DNA of 58,115 nt, from contig DATAEU010000058.1 of assembly GCA_036257835.1 (NCBI GenBank), forward strand, positions 1-58,115, in the 5' to 3' direction. Shown piece after piece: positions 27,195 through 35,611 of this stretch. Below the pieces are notes generated by a model. The model was not told the origin of the DNA. It did not search any database and saw nothing but the letters and a program-made list of their open reading frames with translations. The position numbers were made by a program, and so were the translations under genes. Position 1 is the stretch's first letter. Every line of letters starts with the position of its first letter. The stretch comes from Actinomycetota bacterium. GTDB lineage: Bacteria; Actinomycetota; UBA4738; HRBIN12.

Positions 27195-27590
27195 CTACTG
27201 TCCATGGACCTGCTGAACGAACGTCCGGTACGCCTCGGCGTCCATCAGCCCATCGAGCTGCGCGGCGTCGGTCGCCTCGATCACAACGAGCCACCCGTCG
27301 GCGTATGGCGCTTGGTTGACGAGCTCGGGGCGGTCCTCGAGGAGCTGGTTCCGCTCGAGCACGGTCCCGGTGACGGGGCTGTAGACGTCCGACACGGACT
27401 TCGTCGACTCGACCTCGCTGAACGGCTGCGAGGCCGTGACGGAGGTGCCGAGCTCGGGGACGTCGACGTAGACGACGTCCCCGAGCGCATCCTGCGCGTA
27501 GTCCGTGATCCCGACGCGAACGCGGTTCGAGCCCTCGTCGCGGACCCACTCATGTTCCGTGGTGTAGCGCACGTCGTCGGGGAACTCCAT
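27195..27590 (-). CDS. gcvH: glycine cleavage system H protein
   Basis: Start at MEFPDDVRYTTEHEWV (SD GGGAGAGG). Lipoyl-lysine motif EVESTKSVSD. Confidence 0.95.
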   Translation of the reverse strand: MEFPDDVRYTTEHEWVRDEGSNRVRVGITDYAQDALGDVVYVDVPELGTSVTASQPFSEVESTKSVSDVYSPVTGTVLERNQLLEDRPELVNQAPYADGWLVVIEATDAAQLDGLMDAEAYRTFVQQVHGQ

Positions 27591-27668
27591 GTCCTCTCCC
27601 TCGCTCTCGACGATCCTCGACGGTCGAGTCGTCGAACGAGCGGACGCTACCACCTCGGCGAAGGAGCG

Positions 27669-28256
27669 CTATCCGCCGGCCTTCGCGGCCAGCGCGCGCC
27701 GGAGATCGACCGCGTACCAGGCCGCCGCCGAGTACGAGAGCACGATGCCGATCGCGAACGACGTCCAGCCGACGGCCGTAGTGACCGGACCGAGCCACAG
27801 ATCGAAGGCACCCCACGCGATCAACGGAACGCCGAGCATCAGCGCGGCCGTCGCCTCCTTGCCGATCCGCCGGACATCGATGCGCACGCCGCGCCGCGCG
27901 AGCACGAACGCGCCGACGACGAGGAGCGCGACGTCGCGGGCGACGATCAACGAGGCGGCCCACAGCGGGAACGCGCCGCGCGCGACGAGCGCCACGATCA
28001 CCGCGACGATCACGAGCCGGTCGGCGACCGGGTCGAGCACCTTCCCGAGCTCACTGACGCTTCCGGTTCGCCGCGCCAGGTACCCGTCGACCCAGTCCGT
28101 CGAGGCGACGACGGCGAAGCCGAGCAATCCGGCCTCCTCGGTGCCGCGATGGACGATCGCCCACACCAGCACCGGGATCGTCGCGATACGCGCGAACGAC
28201 AGGATGTTGGGGATCGTCAGGACCGCCGAGGTCGAGGCTTCGCGGTCGCCCGCCAT
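27669..28256 (-). CDS. pgsA: CDP-alcohol phosphatidyltransferase (PgsA-like)
   Basis: D(x2)DG(x2)AR…G(x3)D(x3)D motif: STDWVDGYLARRTGSVSELGKVLDPVADR. Multiple TM helices. Confidence 0.85.
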   Translation of the reverse strand: MAGDREASTSAVLTIPNILSFARIATIPVLVWAIVHRGTEEAGLLGFAVVASTDWVDGYLARRTGSVSELGKVLDPVADRLVIVAVIVALVARGAFPLWAASLIVARDVALLVVGAFVLARRGVRIDVRRIGKEATAALMLGVPLIAWGAFDLWLGPVTTAVGWTSFAIGIVLSYSAAAWYAVDLRRALAAKAGG

Positions 28257-28450
28257 CGCGCGGACGGTACCACCTCACTGTTCGACCGAGATGATCGAGA
28301 GCGTGAACGCGGCGATCCGCGCAGGTAGAGGGAGAAGTTCGACAGAACTTCGCGGATCGACGTGCACTCTCCCACCCCCTTGACCTACACTTCGGGGTTG
28401 CCGGACCGCAGCCTCCAAGCGCACGGAAGCCTCAGGTTCCGGCTTTCAGG

Positions 28451-28476
28451 TGGCCCGGGGCCTTCCCCCCGGGCCA
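28451..28476. other. strong GC hairpin of unknown role
   Basis: TGGCCCGGGG-ccttcc-CCCCGGGCCA, a 10-bp stem, in the pgsA/tRNA-Pro intergenic region just upstream of the 23-bp repeats. Confidence 0.3.
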
Positions 28477-28486
28477 TCTGCTTCCG

Positions 28487-28578
28487 ACTTGAGACTGACG
28501 TCGCTTCGGACTCGACAGTGACGTCGCTTCAGGGTCGAGACTGACGTCGCCTCTCACTCGACCTTGACGTCGCCACGA
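28487..28578. repeat. four contiguous 23-bp direct repeats with a TGACGTCGC core
   Basis: Units start at 28487, 28510, 28533 and 28556. The core TGACGTCGC is at 28496, 28519, 28542 and 28565, an exact 23-nt period. Consensus ACTCGAsAsTGACGTCGCyTC. Confidence 0.85.
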
Positions 28579-28647
28579 TCCACAGGTCGATCGCGGGCCG
28601 TTCGCGGGCGGGAGCCGGGAAGCCCCGTGTGGGTACAATCGATCGGA

Positions 28648-28722
28648 CGGGCCGTGGCGCAGCTTGGTTAGCGCGTCTGACTGGGGGTCAGAAGGTCGCC
28701 GGTTCAAATCCGGCCGGCCCGA
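28648..28722 (+). tRNA. tRNA-Pro (anticodon GGG)
   Basis: Manual cloverleaf: acceptor CGGGCCG/CGGCCCG, D-arm GCGC/GCGC, anticodon stem TCTGA/TCAGA with loop CTGGGGG, T-arm GCCGG-TTCAAAT-CCGGC. CCA is not encoded. TACAAT -10 at 28634-28639. Confidence 0.9.
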
Positions 28723-28747
28723 CCGAAGAAGGATTCCGGAAACGGAG

Positions 28748-30052
28748 CTACGCGCGCGACCGCTGACGCTTCGGACGGAACCGCAGTCGCACGGGAACGC
28801 CGGCGAATCCGAACGCTCGGCGGAGCCTGTTCTCGAGGAAGCGTTGGTACGACGGGTCGGGTGGACCCGCGCCGAACACCACGAACGTCGGCGGCCCCGT
28901 CGAGACCTCCGTCGCATAGCGGTATCGAGCGCGACGCGGCGGCGGGTGCTCGGCCTGCGCGGCCTCGATCACGCGGTTCACCTCCGCGGTTGGGACACGC
29001 GTCAACCACCGCTCATGGACTGCGAGCAGCGCCGCCGGCAGCTTCGCGACGCCGGTCCCGCGGAGCGCGGACGTCCTGGCGAGCTCGGTCCCTGCGAACG
29101 GCCGGATCTCCTCGGTGAGCTCGCGGTACACGCGGTCGCGATCCTCGACCAGGTCCCATTTGTTGGCTACGACGAGGAGACCCCGCCCCGCCTCGATCAC
29201 CTTCGCCGCGATCCGGCGATCCTCGCCCGTGAACCCGTCGGCGGCGTCGAGCACCAGCAAGGTCGCGTGCGAACGCTCGATCGCCCGCTCGGCGCGAAGG
29301 AAGCTGTAGTACTCGACCGCGCGCCCCCGCGCGGTCCGGCGCAGTCCTGCGGTGTCCACGAACCGGACCGGCCCGGTCTCCCAGTCGACGATCGCGTCCA
29401 CCGCGTCCCTGGTCGTGCCCGCCTCCTCGAAGACCACGGACCGCTCGGAGCGGACGAGGCGGTTGAACAGCGATGACTTCCCGACGTTCGGCCGCCCGAT
29501 GAGCGCAAACGTGGGCAGCTCGGCCACCCCCTCCTCGTCCGCCGCCCGCTCGCGTGGCAACAGCTCGACGATCCGATCGAGCAGGTCGCCGGATCCCCGC
29601 CCGTGGAGCGCGGAGACGGGGACGGGATCGCCGAGGCCGAGGCGTGCGAATGCCGCCGCGTCGGGCTCGTCCCGCTCGTCGTCGACCTTGTTCACCACGA
29701 CGAGCACGGGCGGCTCGGAGCGACGCAGTCGGCGTGCGAGGGCCGCGTCCTCCTCCCGGACACCCGTCTGGCCGTCCACGATGAGGAGCACGACGTCGGC
29801 GTCCTCGGCCGCTCGCTGGGCCTGGCCCGTGACGAGCGCCTCGATGCCGGACGCACCATGGCGGTATCCGCCGGTGTCGATGACGACGAACCGGCGACCG
29901 TCCCAGGTCACCTCGCGTTCGACACGGTCGCGCGTGACGCCGGGCATCTCGTGAGCGATCGCCTCGCGGCCGCCGAACAGCCGGTTGGCGAGCGTCGACT
30001 TCCCGACGTTCTGCCGGCCGACGAGCGCGACGACGGGGAGCCGTTCGCTCAC
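28748..30052 (-). CDS. der: ribosome-biogenesis GTPase Der (EngA)
   Basis: Two G-domains (GRQNVGKST…DTGG; GRPNVGKSS…DTAG) plus a KH-like C-domain. GTG start in a GTGA overlap with cmk. Confidence 0.95.
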   Translation of the reverse strand: MSERLPVVALVGRQNVGKSTLANRLFGGREAIAHEMPGVTRDRVEREVTWDGRRFVVIDTGGYRHGASGIEALVTGQAQRAAEDADVVLLIVDGQTGVREEDAALARRLRRSEPPVLVVVNKVDDERDEPDAAAFARLGLGDPVPVSALHGRGSGDLLDRIVELLPRERAADEEGVAELPTFALIGRPNVGKSSLFNRLVRSERSVVFEEAGTTRDAVDAIVDWETGPVRFVDTAGLRRTARGRAVEYYSFLRAERAIERSHATLLVLDAADGFTGEDRRIAAKVIEAGRGLLVVANKWDLVEDRDRVYRELTEEIRPFAGTELARTSALRGTGVAKLPAALLAVHERWLTRVPTAEVNRVIEAAQAEHPPPRRARYRYATEVSTGPPTFVVFGAGPPDPSYQRFLENRLRRAFGFAGVPVRLRFRPKRQRSRA

Positions 30053-30699
30053 GGTTGCCCCTCCGTCCGCTCGCGGACGACGCCGAGGGCCTCGGCGAAC
30101 ACCGCGTCCGCGTCCTTGCCGGTCGTCGAGATCTCGACAGCGTCGTCGGCCGCGACGAGCGGATGCACGCGCTCGTCGAGCGCGTCTCGCGAGCGCAGGG
30201 CGCCCCCGACCGCGTCCGGGTCGGCGCGCCGCTCGATCGCGCGCCGCGTCGCACGCTCCCGCGGGGTCGCGGTGAGGAACAGCTTCACGTCGGCATCGGG
30301 CCGGACGACCGACCCGATGTCGCGTCCCTCGACGACGGCGCCGCCGGTTGACAGACGACGCTGCTCCTCGCGCAGGACGGCCCGGACGGCCGGATGCCGC
30401 GATACGCCGGAGACGGTGGCCTCGACCTCTGCCGACCTGAGATCCGGGCTCGGCGGCGAACCGTCGATCGAGAGTTCGGCGACGCCGTCGGTCGACTCGA
30501 GGTCGAAAAGGAGAGCGGCGGCGATCGCGCCGAGCGCATCGCCGTCGCCGAGGTCGATGCGGCGTCGAATGGCCTCGAGGGTGACGGCGCGGTACATCAA
30601 GCCGGTGTTCAGGTATGGGAGTCGGAGGGTCTCGGCCAGCCGCCTCGCCAAGGTGCTCTTGCCGACGCCCGCCGCGCCGTCGATCGCGACGACGATCAC
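30049..30699 (-). CDS. cmk: cytidylate kinase
   Basis: VIVVAIDGAAGVGKSTLARRLA…YLNTGLMYRA. GTGA overlap with the aroA stop. Confidence 0.9.
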   Translation of the reverse strand: MIVVAIDGAAGVGKSTLARRLAETLRLPYLNTGLMYRAVTLEAIRRRIDLGDGDALGAIAAALLFDLESTDGVAELSIDGSPPSPDLRSAEVEATVSGVSRHPAVRAVLREEQRRLSTGGAVVEGRDIGSVVRPDADVKLFLTATPRERATRRAIERRADPDAVGGALRSRDALDERVHPLVAADDAVEISTTGKDADAVFAEALGVVRERTEGQP

Positions 30700-32063
30700 G
30701 ACGTCTCCACGTGCGCGCCCGCGGCACGGAGCACGTCCGCGAACCCGGGGAATGAGATGTCGGTCGCATCCGCGTCCTCGACCACGACGTCCCCGTCCGC
30801 CGCGAGGCCCGCGACGGCCGTCGCCATCGCCATCCGGTGGTCTCCGGCGGAGGAGGTCGTCCCGCCGCGGACGCCGCCGCCGGCGACGACCAGATCCTCG
30901 CCCTCGGCGCCCGCATGCGAGCCGATGGCGCGGAGGGCCGACACCGTCCCCGTCAACCGATCCGACTCCTTCACACGCAGCTCGCCCGCGCCGGCGAACC
31001 ACGTGTCGCCCGAGGCGTGCGCCGCCACGGCGGCGAGGAGCGGGACCTCGTCGATCACGAGCGGGAGCTCGTCCGCCGAGACCGAGGTCGCGCGAAGCCG
31101 AGACGGTCCGTGCACGATCAGGTCGCCGACCGGCTCGCCGAGCTCGGTCCGGCGCTCGAACGTCTCGACCGCGACCCCCATCCGCTGCAGCACCTCGAGG
31201 AACCCCGTCCGGGAAGGGTTGAGACCGACGTCGAGCACCTCGATCTCGCCGCCCGTGACGGCCGCGGCGCCGGCGAGGAACGCGGCGGAGGAGACGTCGC
31301 CGGGGACCGCGGCGTCGAACCCTTCGTGCTGGAACCGCGAGACCGCCACGCGACCGGGTGAGCGCACGACCGGTCCGCCGAGCGCCTCGAGGGCCCGCTC
31401 GGTGTGGTCGCGCGTCGCCGCGGCCTCGATCACCTCGGTGAGGCCGTCGGCGTCGCAGCCCGCCAGCAGGATCGCGCTCTTCAGCTGCGCGCTCGGCATC
31501 GGCGCGTGGTACGAGATCCCGCGCAGCAGCCCACCGCGGACCGTCACCGGGGCGTGGCCGTCGGTCGTCTCGATCGTGGCGCCCATCGCCCGTAGGGGCT
31601 GGGCGACGCGATCCATCGGCCGCCTTCGCAGGCTCTCGTCGCCGGTCAACGTCGCAGAGAAGGGCGCCGCGGCGAGCAAGCCGCTCAGCAGACGCATCGT
31701 GGTGCCCGAGTTGCCGCAGTCGAGGACGGAACCCGGCCGTCCCAGCGACCCTCGACCGTGACTCTCGACCTCAACCTCGGAGGTCGACCCGACGTCGCCT
31801 GCCGTGCCCCACGTGAAACCATCGCTGTGGGCACCACGGGCAACGTTCAAAGCCCAAGCGTCGAGTCCAGGTCGAGCTTCGGGGACGACCGCCGCCATGC
31901 AGGCCGCGGTCGAGCGGACGTCGAGCGACGGTGGGACCTGAAGCACGCGCGACCGGCCGCGGGCCGTCGCTGCCAGGATCAGCCATCGGTGGGCGATCGA
32001 CTTGTCGCCGGGCACGCGAGCGCGTCCCTGGACGACGGCCCCCGGGTGAACGACCAGCCGCAT
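30696..32063 (-). CDS. aroA: 3-phosphoshikimate 1-carboxyvinyltransferase
   Basis: 455 aa. VPGDKSIAHR, GNSGTTMRLL, KESDRL, DHRMAMA. Confidence 0.95.
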   Translation of the reverse strand: MRLVVHPGAVVQGRARVPGDKSIAHRWLILAATARGRSRVLQVPPSLDVRSTAACMAAVVPEARPGLDAWALNVARGAHSDGFTWGTAGDVGSTSEVEVESHGRGSLGRPGSVLDCGNSGTTMRLLSGLLAAAPFSATLTGDESLRRRPMDRVAQPLRAMGATIETTDGHAPVTVRGGLLRGISYHAPMPSAQLKSAILLAGCDADGLTEVIEAAATRDHTERALEALGGPVVRSPGRVAVSRFQHEGFDAAVPGDVSSAAFLAGAAAVTGGEIEVLDVGLNPSRTGFLEVLQRMGVAVETFERRTELGEPVGDLIVHGPSRLRATSVSADELPLVIDEVPLLAAVAAHASGDTWFAGAGELRVKESDRLTGTVSALRAIGSHAGAEGEDLVVAGGGVRGGTTSSAGDHRMAMATAVAGLAADGDVVVEDADATDISFPGFADVLRAAGAHVETS

Positions 32064-32070
32064 CGCACGC

Positions 32071-33165
32071 TCACGCGAGCCGAAGCGGCTCGTAGCCGCG
32101 GTCCGAGAGCGCGCCTACCGCCGCGTCGGCGGCGGAGGACGCGACGGTCAGGTGCACCGTTCCGCGCCCGCCCTCCGGCGAGTGAACGATCTGCAGGTCC
32201 TCGATGTTGACGTCCGAGGCGCCGAGCGCGGCGGCGAGCTCGGCCAGGACGCCCGGGCGGTCGGGCACCGGCACCTGCAGGACGGCCACGCCGGTCTTCA
32301 CCTGGGGCTTAGCGGTGAGCGACAGACGAGCTTCCTTGGCCGCGGCGAACCTCGACTCGACCTCCTCGCCGAGCCCCGCTGCGACGGCGTCGCGCAGCTC
32401 GAGCAGGCCCTTGGTGTACCGGTCGATCGCGTCCGCGATCGCATCGCGGTTGGCCAGGAGGGTCTCGCTCCACAGACGCGGGTTCGACGCGGCGAGACGC
32501 GTCAGGTCGCGGAACCCTCCCGCCGCGAGCAGCAGGATGTCGGGCTCGCCGGCCTCCTCCGCCGCGGCGACCGCCATCAACGCCGTCGACGCGACCTGCG
32601 GCAGATGGCTCACGAACGCGACGAGCCGGTCGTGCCGCTCGGCGGCCATCACGACGGGGCGGGCGCCGATCCGCTCGATCCAGCTCGACAGCCGGTCGAC
32701 CGCGGCCGGATCTGACCCCCGTCCCGGCGTCAGCACCCACACGGCACCGTCGAGGATCGACGCCGAGGCCGCATCGGGGCCCGAACGCTCGGATCCGCCC
32801 ATCGGGTGCCCGCCGACGAACCTCGACCACCGCGCAGCGGTCGACCCACGCTCGACCTCGAGCGTGACTTGAGACTTCACACCGGCGACGTCGGTGACGA
32901 TCGAGTCTCCACCCGCCTCGAGCGCCGCGATCGCGGTCGCGCCGACCGCGTCGACCGGTGTGCAGACGAAGGTGAGCGTCGCCGAACGGACGCAGGCCTC
33001 GAGGCTCTCGGCCCGCCCCGTCCCGGTCGCGCGCTCGACGGCGCGCTCGAGGACGGCGGCGTTCGGATCGAACACGACCACCTCGTCGCCCGCGCGCAAC
33101 GCGGCCATCGCGACCGAGGTGCCGATCAGCCCCGTTCCGAGGACGGCGACGCGCTCAGAGGTCAT
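32071..33165 (-). CDS. tyrA: prephenate dehydrogenase with C-terminal ACT domain
   Basis: MTSERVAVLGTGLIGTS Rossmann N-terminus, GGHPMGG, C-terminal ACT-like region. The track ORF start at 33198 is also possible. Confidence 0.85.
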   Translation of the reverse strand: MTSERVAVLGTGLIGTSVAMAALRAGDEVVVFDPNAAVLERAVERATGTGRAESLEACVRSATLTFVCTPVDAVGATAIAALEAGGDSIVTDVAGVKSQVTLEVERGSTAARWSRFVGGHPMGGSERSGPDAASASILDGAVWVLTPGRGSDPAAVDRLSSWIERIGARPVVMAAERHDRLVAFVSHLPQVASTALMAVAAAEEAGEPDILLLAAGGFRDLTRLAASNPRLWSETLLANRDAIADAIDRYTKGLLELRDAVAAGLGEEVESRFAAAKEARLSLTAKPQVKTGVAVLQVPVPDRPGVLAELAAALGASDVNIEDLQIVHSPEGGRGTVHLTVASSAADAAVGALSDRGYEPLRLA

Positions 33166-33544
33166 CGCGGAGCGACTCAGCGCCGTCCAGGTAGACATGC
33201 GCCACCTCGGCCTGAGCGCGGCCCGTCTCGAAGTGCATCAGCACGCGGACGACGCGCGGCATCGAGCCGTCGACCGGGATCTCCTGCGCGCAGAGCAACG
33301 GCACCTTGCCGAGGCCCATCCTGCGCGCCGCCTCGGCGGGGAACGCGGACGTGAGATCGTGCGTCGCCGTAAAGAACACGCTCACGATGTCCTCGGCGAC
33401 GAGGTCGTTGCGGTCGAGGAGCTGCTCGAGGAGCCGCTGGGTGGCGTCGAGCACGGTCACCGATTCGTCGTGCCGTACCAGGATCGCACCGCGCGCCGCC
33501 CGGATGCTCAACCCGCCCGCCTTCTCCCGCGTGAACGGGCGCAA
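33155..33544 (-). CDS. aroH: chorismate mutase, AroH class
   Basis: IRAARGAI…DIVSVFFTATHDLTSAFPA…VRVLMH…HVYL…LR.DL aligns with B. subtilis AroH. The true start may be TTG 33511. Confidence 0.8.
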   Translation of the reverse strand: MRPFTREKAGGLSIRAARGAILVRHDESVTVLDATQRLLEQLLDRNDLVAEDIVSVFFTATHDLTSAFPAEAARRMGLGKVPLLCAQEIPVDGSMPRVVRVLMHFETGRAQAEVAHVYLDGAESLRDDL

Positions 33545-33556
33545 GCGTACCGTCGG

Positions 33557-34276
33557 CTACAGTCCAGCGACGCGGTACAGCCCGCGGATCTCGGCGCTCG
33601 ACAGCGGACGCGTCTCCCCGGGCGGCATGCGGCCGAGGCGAACCGGCCCGTATCGCACGCGGATGAGCCGGCGCACCGGCAAACCGGCCGCCCCGAGCAT
33701 CCGCCGGACCTCGCGCTTGCGCCCCTCGGTGAGGACGATCCGGACGGCGCCACGGCCGCCGCTGCCGCCCACCGGCGTCACCGACGCCGCTCTCGCGATC
33801 CCGTCCTCGAGCTCGACGCCGCGTCGCAGCCGGGCCGCGTGGCGCTCGTTCGGGACGCCCTCGACCTCGGCGAGGTACTCGCGTTCGACCGCGCGCCGTG
33901 GATGCATCAACCGGTTCGCGAGCTCGCCATCGTTGGTGAGGAGCAGCAGTCCTTCGGTCTCGCGGTCAAGCCGCCCAACGGCGAACACCCGCGATCCGGG
34001 CGGGAGGAACCCGGTGAGGTCGACGGCCGCGTGGGGGTCCGACGCGGTGCTCGTGACGCCCGCGGGCTTGTGGAACGCGTAATACCTCAGGTCGGGGTCG
34101 AGGTTCACGCCGACGCCGTCGACGGCGACACGGTCGACCGCGACATCGACCTTGTCTCCCAGCGTCGCCACCTTTCCATTGAGGGTGACCCTTCCGTCTC
34201 GGATGAGGTTCTCGCTGGCGCGTCGGGAGCCGACGCCGGCTCGGGCCAGCGCCCGCTGGAGGCGCTCCACGGCCAC
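33557..34276 (-). CDS. rluB: pseudouridine synthase (RluB/RsuA family)
   Basis: GTG start at VAVERLQRALARAGVGSRR (S4 domain). Catalytic GRLDRETEGLLLLTNDG. Confidence 0.85.
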   Translation of the reverse strand: MAVERLQRALARAGVGSRRASENLIRDGRVTLNGKVATLGDKVDVAVDRVAVDGVGVNLDPDLRYYAFHKPAGVTSTASDPHAAVDLTGFLPPGSRVFAVGRLDRETEGLLLLTNDGELANRLMHPRRAVEREYLAEVEGVPNERHAARLRRGVELEDGIARAASVTPVGGSGGRGAVRIVLTEGRKREVRRMLGAAGLPVRRLIRVRYGPVRLGRMPPGETRPLSSAEIRGLYRVAGL

Positions 34277-34283
34277 CGGCGGA

Positions 34284-34862
34284 CTACTCGTCCTCGGAGG
34301 CCTCGGCCTCGGCGTCGTCGTCGGGGACACCGAGCAGCGGCGCGAGCGGCGGCAGCGCCGACAGCGACGGAAGCCCCAGGCGCTCGAGGAACTCGGGCGT
34401 GGTGCCGTAGAGCATCGGCCGGCCGGGCGCGTCCTCACGCCCGACCTCGTCGATCAGTCCGCGGTCGACGAGAGCGCGCAGCACGCCGTCCGAGTTCACG
34501 CCGCGGATCGCCGAGATCTGATGACGGGTGACCGGCTGTTTGTACGCGACGATCGCGACCGTCTCGAGCGCGGCCTTGGTGAGCCGCGCGTGCCGCGACG
34601 CCAGCACGTACTGCTCGATCACCGGCGCGGCGCCCGGGTGCGTGGTCAGCCGCCAGCCGCCGGCCACGTTGCGGAGCACGATCCCCGCGCCGCGCTCCGC
34701 ATAGGCCTTCGCGAGCTGTTCGCAGAGGTCGTCCGCCTCGCGACGCTCGACGTCGAGGGCCTGCGCGAGGACCGTCGACGACACCGGCTCGTCCGAGACG
34801 AACAGCAGCGACTCGAGGTCCCGGATGCGCTCGGCGCGCCGGTCCGTCGCGGTCTCACTCAC
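34284..34862 (-). CDS. scpB: segregation and condensation protein B
   Basis: LESLLFVSDEPVS…, GGWRL.T, TLAIVAYKQPVTR..I..IRGV. GTGA overlap with the scpA stop. Confidence 0.9.
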   Translation of the reverse strand: MSETATDRRAERIRDLESLLFVSDEPVSSTVLAQALDVERREADDLCEQLAKAYAERGAGIVLRNVAGGWRLTTHPGAAPVIEQYVLASRHARLTKAALETVAIVAYKQPVTRHQISAIRGVNSDGVLRALVDRGLIDEVGREDAPGRPMLYGTTPEFLERLGLPSLSALPPLAPLLGVPDDDAEAEASEDE

Positions 34863-35611
34863 GACGCCCCCTGCCACGCGACCTCGATCTCCCCGAAGGT
34901 TTCGGCCTGCGCGAGATCGACCTTCCCCTCGCGATAGAGGTCGAGCAGGGCGAGGAAGCGCACGACGACCTGGATCCGCTCATCGCAGTCGGCGACGAGC
35001 TCGCGGAAGCGCGCCCGCCCGCCCGGCCCGAGGCGTGTCATCACGGCGGCCACGGCCTCCTCCATGGTGTAGCGGATCGGGGTGACGTGGTACAGGTCCA
35101 GCGCCGGCGGCGGCCGCAGCAGGCCGGCCGCGAGCTGTGCGAGCATCGCCGGACGGACCTTCTCGAGAACGTCAGGGTACAGGTGCGCGAACTCGGGCGG
35201 GGGCCCGGCCTCGCGCGAGTGGTGCAGCGCCTCGTCCTCGAACCGCCGCGACAGGTCGAACGCGACTCGACGGAACGCGGTGAGCTCCAGCGAACGCGCG
35301 TAGATGAGGTCGGGCGAGACGCCGAGCAGATCCTCCTCGTTCAGCGCCTCGTGCCGCGGCATCAGCCGTCCCACCTTCAGCTCGAGCAGGATCGCGCACA
35401 CGGCCAGGAACCACGTCGCCTCGTCGAGGCTCCACGTGCCGGCGTCCTTCGAGTACGCGAGGAAGCGGTCGGTGACGGACGCGATCGCGACGTCGCACAC
35501 GTCGATCTTGTGGTCCAGGAGCAGATCCGCCAATGCGCGGAACGGTCCCGTGAACGCCGGTAGCTCGACGGTGAACGCCGTCATCGACACGTCCCCCCTG
35601 TCGTCGCTCAT
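34859..35611 (-). CDS. scpA: segregation and condensation protein A
   Basis: FTGPFRALADLLLDHKIDVCDVAIA.VTDRFL… ATG 35611 forms an ATGA overlap with the trpS stop. Confidence 0.9.
   Translation of the reverse strand: MSDDRGDVSMTAFTVELPAFTGPFRALADLLLDHKIDVCDVAIASVTDRFLAYSKDAGTWSLDEATWFLAVCAILLELKVGRLMPRHEALNEEDLLGVSPDLIYARSLELTAFRRVAFDLSRRFEDEALHHSREAGPPPEFAHLYPDVLEKVRPAMLAQLAAGLLRPPPALDLYHVTPIRYTMEEAVAAVMTRLGPGGRARFRELVADCDERIQVVVRFLALLDLYREGKVDLAQAETFGEIEVAWQGAS

Noticed and set aside
28398-28476. 6C-type small RNA upstream of the repeats
   Set aside because: Two hairpins can be drawn, but the loops are AAGCGCAC and CCUUCC rather than runs of six or more C. The first helix is imperfect, and I found no convincing promoter.
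28362-28544. 60-aa ORF spanning the hairpin and the first repeats
   Set aside because: There is no SD and the GC3 bias is poor. Its apparent periodicity comes from the DNA repeat itself.
28487-28578. Possible CRISPR array
   Set aside because: The four 23-bp units are contiguous with no spacers, shorter than CRISPR repeats, and no cas genes are nearby. I treat it as a tandem or iteron-like repeat instead.
28723-28747. tRNA-Pro 3' flank as an integration hotspot or island boundary
   Set aside because: The tRNA is followed immediately by der and then cmk and aroA, all core genes in conserved order. There is no duplicated tRNA 3' segment.
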